Assembly (NCBI RefSeq): GCF_009914755.1
Contig: NC_060941.1
Origin: the human T2T-CHM13v2.0 reference genome, Homo sapiens
Strand: one strand, 5' to 3'
Length of the DNA: 64,000 nt
In this document: piece by piece, positions 1-64,000 of the stretch
Layout of the letters: every line of letters starts with the position of its first letter
Position numbering within the stretch: the first letter of the stretch is position 1
Position numbers and translations under genes: made by a program
Notes under the pieces: generated by a model
The model's database searches: none
The model's input: the letters and a program-made list of their open reading frames with translations, nothing else
Told to the model about the DNA's origin: nothing

Positions 1-140
<140 letters not shown>

Positions 141-899
141 TCACTGAGGCAGGCCAGGCAGGGCCAGTGGCCTCCCTGATCAGAGCGGACCATGGAGGCT
201 CAGAGAGGTAGATGGCCTTGGCCAGGGCCACACAGTGCCAGGACCGGGACCTGGGCCTCCTGACGGCCAGGGTACGCTGCAGGGAGGGAAACTCTCGTTG
301 CTTCGGCCGCTGCGGGCTCTGCTCAGAAGGGGTGGTGAGCTGCGCACTACTTTTCAGAATGGAATCTGCTGCCCCAAGAGAGCACTTAAGTCTTAGGCGT
401 GTTTATACCCTTTCACCCATTTGCTTTTAAGAACTATTTCAAGCAGCTAACCAGAGACACGGACAAAGATTGAAGGCACGGAGATGTTTGTGGCAGCCTT
501 GTGATTCCAGCAGAAACCTGGGAGGCTGGCCAGGGGCCCCGAAGGGCTGGGTGAGAGAGGGGAGTATCTGTGGGTCAGAACCGCTCCAGGAAGTGTTCTG
601 AGGAAAATGTTGTTTGATGATACGGGAAAATGTGCAGGATATTTACCCTGAGCCTTATACACAAGTTCTCGACTACGAAAAAAAATGCATAGAAAAAGGC
701 AGGAGGGAAATGCCTCACACAGTTAACAGCCATGGCCTTTGGGCGACGGGATCACAGGTGGCTTTTGCGCACATTCCAACTTTGCTGTAATAAGCAATAT
801 TATTTTTATAATCAGGAACAAGTTTTTAGTATTTATTATTTAATGAATCAGGCAGCCCCTAAACCCGAATAGATTCAGAGAGACTCCTAGAAACAAGTC

Positions 900-2062
<1,163 letters not shown>

Positions 2063-2221
2063 CTTCTTAGTTTCTGGACACATGTGAGGGGTCCTTAACT
2101 CAGCACCGTCCCTGGTCACCTCCTTGTGGCTGGTGTTTTGTGATGGCGGAGGGACTCCTGCACTCCGCAGGCTCTGCTGCAAGTGAGCCCTTGCCCCCAG
2201 CAGCCCCGCAGCCCCACTCAC

Positions 2222-17244
<15,023 letters not shown>

Positions 17245-20200
17245 TCCGCCCTGCGGAGAGCCAGCGGCCTGGGCACCGCGGCCTGTGAGCAAGAGCTGCC
17301 TGCCCACTGGCGGGCTCCGACCACTCCGGGACCAGGAACCTACGGTCTAACGCCGGGATGGCCACTTGGTTCTGCTTCAACTGCAGCCCCAGGGGATGTG
17401 GCTGGTCCAGCTCCTCAGGACACGGCTGGAGCCGTCCAGGTCTGACTGGGAGGCCTCTTGGCCCGGATGGTTGGAGCAGGAAGAGGAGGGGCTGGGGATG
17501 GAGGAAATGCCTGTTGTCCCAGGTAACCAGAGGAGCCGATGCAGCCACCCATGGGGGACCCTGGGCTCCAGGTCAAAGGCTAGGACGCCTTTCCCCTTCC
17601 CCCCATCCCCACGGCAGCTCTATGGCTGGGCCCCTCCTCCTGCCCACTCTCTGGTACCAGCTAGAGAGCACGGGGCCCACTCCCCAAACCAGACGGCATG
17701 CCCTCCCCTAGGCCAAGAGGACCCGTTAGTAGGCACTGGCTTTCCTGCACATCCCCTCAACGGGGCTGCCCCCCACAGCAGGTGAGCCCCCATCATGAGT
17801 TTGAGAGACCAGGGCTGCTGGGGCCTGGTCATGCAGGGCCCGGACAGGGGGCTGTCCCGCTGTGAGGAAGCTCTTGGCTTACCCTCCTCTGAGCCTCAGA
17901 GCTTGTGAGGTTAGTTCCTGGGTTCCCTGGGTGTGGGCAACCTCTAGCCCTGTTCATCCCTTGCGTTTCAACAGTACCCCCAGGTGACCCCCACCCCTGA
18001 TGTTCCTGCTTTTCTATTTTTATTGTTGCTAAATCACAGCTGACACTTTCCTGGCCTGAGACTGAGCCCTCCAGTCTCCAGCCATTCCTTATAGGAAGTA
18101 AGAACAGGGAAGTGGATAGGGGAAACAGACCTTTCCAGAGGGAGAGGCTGGCATAGGAAGGGCTGAGTCCCGTGGGTGTGTGCTGGCACCGACAGCCCCA
18201 TAGGCAGGGGCCTTCCCCCGGGCACCCTTCTCTCTCCCCACAGCTTCCCCCGCCCCGGAAAAGCTAGCAAGCCTTCCTTCCTTCCTCCGGGAAGCACATC
18301 TATCCAGAGCAGGCTCATCCCCGGCGGCCACACAATGGCCCTTATCAGCCGTGGAGCCAGGCGTAGACCCAGTGCACACCAGGTCTCACTTATTTCCTGT
18401 TTCCACCCAGTGGGTCGGGGTGGACCCAGAACGGCCATATCCTGACTGGGGCCCAGAGGACGGAGAGCACCCCCCATTCCCCTTTCCGCCTCTCAATCAC
18501 TGCTGGGCTCACCCCTCCCACACAGGAGGCTGGGTGTGTGGCGACCTCAGTTCACCACGGGGGAGGTGAGCATGTGGGGGGACCCCTGGGGTCAAGCCCC
18601 GGGGCCGCATTAATCAGAACGGGGAGGCGGGTCTAGTGCGATACACTTTCTGCAATTGTTCTCCCACAGTAATCTTGAGAATAGGGACATCATCTGTATT
18701 TTACAGACTACTGAGACCGCTCTGCGGGTGGGTTCAGACCCCATTCCTGTTTCTGGTCCTGTGGGAAACCACAGGTGCCTGGAACTTTGAAGAGACTGTA
18801 CCACTTCTCTGAGCCTTGGCTTTCCCATCTGCCCAATGAAGGGTGCCATGCAGTAACCCTCGTGATGGCTGTGCATGTGAGAAGGAACAGGTGGGCAAGT
18901 GAGGGCTTTGGAGGTCCCTAGGTATATGTGTTGGGGGCAGGGATAGGTTACCATGGGGGAAAACTCAGCAAGAAGGGGCTGAGGAGAAGTGGGGCAGAAA
19001 GAGAAGATGGTGGCATTCTGGACTGGTTAACGCAGGCAGAAGGCTCAACACCAGGGTATGCAGAGCAGCGGGTCAGGAGGGATGAACAAGAGCTCATTTG
19101 ACTTAACAGAGTACATTAAGCGGCCACCGGCATAGATGGCATGCTCCACCTGGTTAGGGCCCCAGAGGCTCACCATTCTAGAACCTCATCCTAGCCCCAG
19201 TCCTGGCCACTTCTGCAAATCTCAGACACAGAAGTCTAGTTGGGATCTACAGGGTCCCTGTTCCTGGAATCTACAGCTAGTCCCAGGCCCATCACCGTAC
19301 CCCCACCCCCCAATCATCAGTCACACGCAAGTGTAAAAGCCACGCTAATAATTACCCCTGCACAATGTAACAGTCACAAAACAGCCAGCCATGGCCTGCT
19401 GGAAGCCAGGGGACAATTCTTCATACACAGGCTTGCGGGGGAGAGTATGCAACACAGAGCAACTGGAGTAACCCTCAGTCCCAGGACACAGGATGGCAGG
19501 ACAAGCACTGAGCAGGCTCCCAGAGGTGTCTTCTCCTGGGAAAAGGGCTGCCGAGTGACCATGGCGGAGGCAAGTGCTGGATGTGGGGACAGGCCATGTC
19601 CCCAAAGCCCCTAGAGGGTGTTCTCTGAAGAACCCCAGGGCCAGATCCTCCAAAATGTCTTGAGCTGGTTCTCCCTTCTGCCTGCCCCCACTCTGAGGTC
19701 CCGGGGGGTCCAGGGGGGGCCCGTCGTCAATGACTCCTGACAAGGGTGGCACAGACGCACCTCACCTGACAAGGACCACCCTGGAAAAGTCTGTGGCCAC
19801 AGCTCCTTGACCACTTGTCACCCCTTCCTCAGATGGCAGGGTGGAGGCATGGGACTCAAGCTACCAACGGAAGCGAACCTGGATCCTTCCCAGTTCTCTC
19901 TGTCAGGATCTGGAACTTCCATGCAGTCAGACTCCATGCCGTGAGTAGGGAGGAAGGTTGTGCTGGCCGAAGGACCCTCATCAACCTGCTCATAACCATG
20001 GCGTAAGAGCCTGGCTAGAGGGGCCCCTCCATTCTGCCCACTGAGTCAGACTGCTTTTGCTGAAAGCAGAAATCCCAGACCCTCTGCTCACTCCTCACGG
20101 GGACAAGCTATGAGATGCCAAGACTCCTGGAATCCAGCACTGCTTGCACCAGTCTATGTAGCCTGTACAAATGTGAGCATCTCCCCTCCCAGACAGCCTG

Positions 20201-20379
20201 AGGCCCAGGACGGCACGACAAGAATGCAGGCCTGTGCCAAATGGGGCATGTGCCTGGCAGGACTACTTGGGCAAGACTAGAAGAGGGGGTAGGAATCCAG
20301 AAATGAGACGCAGAACTGTCCCCAGGTCTTCACTGTTGACACACTAGCTGGTTTCACTCACATCTCAGCAACAAAAACC

Positions 20380-20385
20380 TGTATT
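20380..20385 (-). terminator. Candidate proximal INPP5K poly(A) signal (variant AATACA)
   Basis: AATACA ~200 nt after the stop, followed by U/GU-rich GGTTTTTGTTG. Confidence 0.35.
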
Positions 20386-20579
20386 TAAGCGGCTAATTCC
20401 AGAGATGAGTAGTGGAGAGAGCAAATGAGCCTGGTTAGAGCTCACTCTGGGAGGAGTATGTGGACGACACTTGGCTGTCTCTTCAGGGGGCCAGGCTGGG
20501 CCCCCAGCACTCCCGGCAGTGGAAAGGCAGAGCTGGCTGCCAGCTCTGGCCTCCGCCTGGGATTCACTCCCATCCTGGC

Positions 20580-41255
<20,676 letters not shown>

Positions 41256-42002
41256 GGCCGCCGTCGTCCCCGCGCGGTGGTCCGGCAGGTTCGCGTCTCC
41301 CGGCCAGCGGGTCCCGGCCAGAGCAGCCCTGCGGGCGGCCGGTCTCACGCGCCTAGCTGTCGCGGACTGTTTTTCTTCCGGACTCCGACCGTCCGCCCCG
41401 GCTTCCGTCAGAGACGCGCCCTCCGCGCACCCCGGGATCTGGGTGGTGCGGTTCGCAGAAGGAGGCGGGACTCTCCCACGAGCGCAAAGCTGCGAGAGGC
41501 TGAGCGAAGACGGGTTCGCGGACGTAAGAGGGGCGTGTCGGGCCTGTCATCAGCGCACGCGCAACACTGCCCCAGACGACGCGAGGTGTGCGGCCGCCAC
41601 TAGACCCGGCCCAGCCCGCGCCCGCCGTCCGCAGCTCCCAGCGTGCCCCGCGCCAGGGGCCGTCTTCCGGCGGAAGTTGTCTCTTCGCCGCCGCCGCAGC
41701 CTCTGCCCCACTCGTGAGGGATCCGAGGGCTCCGTCCTTGTGCTGTCTTCGCCCCGGCTCCCAGGGGTCAAACGAGGGTCGGGGGTGGGGACACGCAGCC
41801 TAGCCACTGTCCTGCCTGGGATCCGGTCTCCCCCGCCCCCCGGCTGCAGGTAATCTCCCCATTCCTGCTACTGCGGGAGCGCCTCCGTTCTCCACGCCCA
41901 CTTTCAGGCTTCTACTCCAAACTTATTGGATTACCTATTGCATATGGGACGTTTGGGGATTCCTGGACTCCTACAGAATTAGCCGTCAATAAATGAAACG
42001 TA

Positions 42003-42433
<431 letters not shown>

Positions 42434-42734
42434 TAAAACTACTTTAAATAAATGTTTTGCTTGTTTGGTAGGGTGGATAAAGAGGAAGATGTGAAGAGGA
42501 GGCAGACAAAAGCAAAAGGACATCCTGTCAGTAGGAAACGGCCGAATTACAATTCAGATGTGCAATGTTTGCATAAGTAAACTGACACGGGACTATTATA
42601 TGCAGAAATCCACGTGCAAAAATTTTCAGACACACCTTTGTACCTCTTCCTAATCCTGCCCTGGTAAAATGGCGGTTATCAGTGCAAGTTTGAGGATACA
42701 TACAGCTGGAAAATGGACATCACCAAACTGGACT

Positions 42735-45292
42735 CCAGAAAGTTCTGTCTAGGATTTTATTAGACTGCTTTTTTTCTCAATATACCTGTATTGGAAGATT
42801 GAGACAAAAAGGCACAAACTCACATTAAATAAACAAGGTAATCTAATCAATTCTACAAAGTGTAGTTTGTAAAACAAGTAGCACTAGGAACCAACCAAAG
42901 TAAGTCAGGGAGTCCCAGCAGGGACTGTAAAAGAACTTGGGAAGCTATACACATGCCCACGATACTGACCCTGTCCCGGACCTCTCTGCATGAGAAGGCC
43001 AGAGCCCAGCACCCCTCCTACAGAGGCACTGCTGCTTCTGTTGGGGCTGTGACCCTGGAATTCTGATGGAAGCAGCTGGTCTGAAGGGGCATGGCACACA
43101 CTCAGGTACTACCCCTGGAGCTGAACCTTTATCATAAGTCCCTCTGAGTGCTAGTCAGTTTGGAGGTGGGTGAGGAGGAAAGGGGGTACTTAAAAGAAGC
43201 CAACACTGTTGCCCAGCAGCAACACCATCCGTGGGGATGGAACAGACCAGGGACATCCTCCTTTATGTTTATGTGGGCTGCAATTCCAGATCCAGGCTGA
43301 CCTCAGCTCATAATGGATGCTTTTCAACTGGGGCAACAGGTGGAGGTGGGAGGAGCCCTTGTTAGGGCTAAAGTGATATGTGTGGGTCTCAAGAGCCAAA
43401 GGAAGGAGACTAACAGCTGCTGACCCTCAGACCACATAGACAACTGTCTGCCTAGAATGTCAGTTTGTTTCTTTCAAGATAACCCGCATCTGGACTTCCC
43501 CTAGTTGATGAATGAAGGAACATCTTTAAGCACAAATATAATGAATAGCTAACACAGAGCTTATAGGAAAACACTGACATTTTTCTCCAGTAGGAATGCC
43601 TCTTCTCCAACTTTCCAAGTCAGATAAATGCTACCAGCAGTTGAGATGCTACCCAGATGCATTACTAAAGACCCCTCAAGGTGAGGAGACTTACACAGAG
43701 GAAGGTGTCTGTAACAAGACATCTGGTTCCAAAGGGACCTCAATGAAGGTCAGCGCTAACCATGCTGGGGGTCTGAGTCTGTCCACCCTTGCCCCAGGAG
43801 GGCCACAGGGAAGCATCCATCAGGATGTCACAGGTGCAATCCTGTGAGACACTCCCTTATTGCACTTAGAAATGAGTAAGGCAAACAAACTGACAAAAAC
43901 AGGATACATTCTCCCACCCACTTCTTGCTTCCCGGACAAAGATTTGGTCTCCCATTAGCAGATGCACCCAGGCTAGTGTGGGCTGGGATCACGGCACACT
44001 TAGGCCAACGTGCTTCACAAGGTTTGGGGAATGTCAGGTGACACTACAGCTCTCTCTCATTCTCCCACTAAGAGGCAAACTCAGGCTCTGTCAAGTTGCA
44101 GGAAGCTATGAACACTGGGCAGCGTCTGTTCCCCTGGAGCCTGGACTTCCTCACCAGCCTACTTTGGTCGGGTTCTGTACTATGATCACTACTTGCTTTG
44201 GGTTTTCCAGGGCAGAACTCAACATGGGGGTAGGACGAGCTAAGTTCTTGATCCCCAAATTCCTTTCCGGCAACTGGAGACGAGGGAACATGTTCTGCTG
44301 GAAAAAGCTTTTTGCATGCTCATATTGTGCAGCATGAAAGATCAGGACTCTTGCTTCCTAACCAGCCTCAAAGACAGAGGACAGGGACCTAAGAAAGCAC
44401 AGAGAAAAGAGGATTATTGCTGAGTGGCAGCACCAGCCCCAAAGGGAAGAGGAGGAGCAGGGACTTACAGAGCTCCTCGGGGTCAGACAGTTGGTATCTA
44501 GGGGGTGACTCAATTCTAGGGGCCACACTGGACAATTCCCTCCAAGTGGAGAGTTGACTGGGGCGATTTTGTAGACTGCAGAGAGATTCAGAGCGGGCAA
44601 CAGGAGGGCCAAGAAGCCACAGGTGTTTCTAAGAGTAGTAACTAGAGATTCAGTGATTGGGACAGGGTTACTCGTATTTGTTAAATTTTCTTAAATAGAG
44701 ACTGGCTGAGCCTTGGGTACCTCCATAGTGCTAGAGTGCCCTAACGATGGGTTACTGGGAGCAGAAGTCAGAGCTGCAAAACCACATTGCTATTTTGTGG
44801 AAGCGGTGCGGGGCAGGGAAACATTGTATCTTTAGCTCATCCCCGCTCCCCACAGGAGCACTCAAAATTGCGAAGATCTTCCCAGGAAGCAAAATACCTC
44901 AGTTTACCCCAAGGTTGAGAACAAATGAACTTAAATCATTTAAATCACCACATCACAAAAGGCAGCTATTTGAAAGACTGAAAATGTCACTTGGAAATAA
45001 AGGTTGGGGGAACACACAGAAATGGATCGGAACACAATGGAGAGAGACGGAGGCGCTGTAACTACAGCAACCTACACGCCACGTATCTCGGAGGAGCAGG
45101 CTCCTGCACACGCGGGCTCTGTGACACCAGACGGTCTATTTGTTCACAATACTGAAGGGCATCTAGAATTAGCTACAGTAAGGAATCGAAAGTTGCCTGA
45201 AGAATGGGCACAGAACGGCTGCGTCCGAAAATGGCCTGTCACTTGGGAGGGTGGAGCTGCTGGGTCTTCCTGTTGACCACTGTCTTGCAAAA
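42735..45292 (-). other. PITPNA: PITPNA non-coding terminal exon (3' UTR, ~2.55 kb; 3' end approximate)
   Basis: Acceptor CTTTCATTTTTCTTCTAG at 45293; Alu-free stretch; AATAAA at 42761-42756. Confidence 0.75.
42756..42761 (-). terminator. PITPNA poly(A) signal AATAAA
   Basis: tttatt on plus strand at end of Alu-free UTR. Confidence 0.65.
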
Positions 45293-46354
45293 CTAGAAGA
45301 AAAATGAAAGTATTAAGGAAGCAAGAGGAGAAAACAGAAACACTGTAAATCGTCCTGAATGGATAATTTCAAGAGGAGGAGGGAAGCCAGTGGGTGGGTG
45401 GGGAAGGGAGTGGGGGAGAGCACTGAGGCCCAGAGCAGTGACTGAGAAGCTGGCATCACAGCAGTCCGCCTCATTCCACCCTCCAGCCTCCCCGAGGCTG
45501 CTTTGGGAACATGGGGCAGGGAGAGTAAGCAGGGCCTGCCGTCACTCCTGGTGAGACCCTGGCCCTCCTTGCCCGTAGGGTTAGAGGCCAGCTTTTATTT
45601 GTAAAAATAATTTTCTCTCTGAGGCTAATTGGGAGCAGAGCCAGGTTTTTCATTCAGTGATTAAGACTGCTTTGAGCTGCTGGAATCCCATGACTCGGGT
45701 GGTGTACAGGGCACTGGGAAACCAGCACCGAGAGTTAACGGAAGGAGGGGGCTTGGGGAAAAGTGACAACATGAAACAAGGGGCCCCCAATCTGGCCCTG
45801 TGACCTGGGCAGAAACACCCTCCCAGCATCTGAAAGATGCCACCTCTGATGAGGGCAGCTTAGTATGGGATCGGGGGTATAAAGAAGGAAATGAAGCACC
45901 AGACAACAGTGGGTGCTAACAAAAGCTGTCTGGCCAGCAAGTTTTCCAAGGGGGAAGGGCAGGTAATGGCAGCTTTTGGGAGCTGGCGCTGGCGTGGGAA
46001 GGCCAGGGAGTGCCCAACATGACAGCTGCAACTTGAGATGGATCAAGCTGGCAGACAGGAGGAGTGATTCGCAGCAGATGAACTCCCCTTCTATATCCAC
46101 CACCCCCTCCCTGTCCATTGTCTCTATCTGGGTGGTTCTTTGGAAAATGTCCCTGAAATGTCCCAAGGGCCATAATCTCCTAGTGGAAGTGGAGAGCTAT
46201 CGAGCGTGGCAACCATCATTACTAGAGGGAAGGAGGAATAGGTTTTCTGACTCCATAGTGAGCTGCTGAGGCCTTGAAACCCAAACTGATTTTAGCGTCT
46301 GTGACACGCACAGTGAGAAATTTGGTACGTACAGTGCAGAGGGGAAAGGCGGCT

Positions 46355-64000
<17,646 letters not shown>

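Noticed and set aside
18087-18095. CArG/SRF box
   Set aside because: CCTTATAGG has five A/T bases rather than six.

Overview
Primate (very likely human, chr17p13.3) genomic DNA, rich in GC and Alu repeats. It holds three spliced protein-coding genes, all on the minus strand. (1) The 5' half of MYO1C (myosin Ic): three alternative first exons plus exons 2-14 encoding most of the motor domain; the gene continues left of the window. (2) The complete INPP5K/SKIP inositol polyphosphate 5-phosphatase: 12 coding exons that I summed to 1347 nt = 448 aa + stop. (3) The 3' end of PITPNA (PI transfer protein alpha): 5 coding exons plus a non-coding last exon. A divergent plus-strand lncRNA locus (PITPNA-AS1) lies between INPP5K and PITPNA. 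The rest is about 60 Alu elements or fragments (including a young AluYb8), older MIR/L2/L1/MER5 remnants and four CpG islands. The most unusual pattern is that all three genes carry tandem duplications seeded exactly on a 5' splice site (four cases). These create arrays of duplicate donors predicted to give in-frame insertions, premature stops or dead GT>GG copies. INPP5K also lacks a canonical poly(A) signal until close to MYO1C, and its exon 11 is phase-compatible with MYO1C exon 2, so an in-frame read-through fusion is possible. Exon boundaries were read by hand from GT/AG and frame; repeat boundaries are approximate. Exon numbers are inferred.
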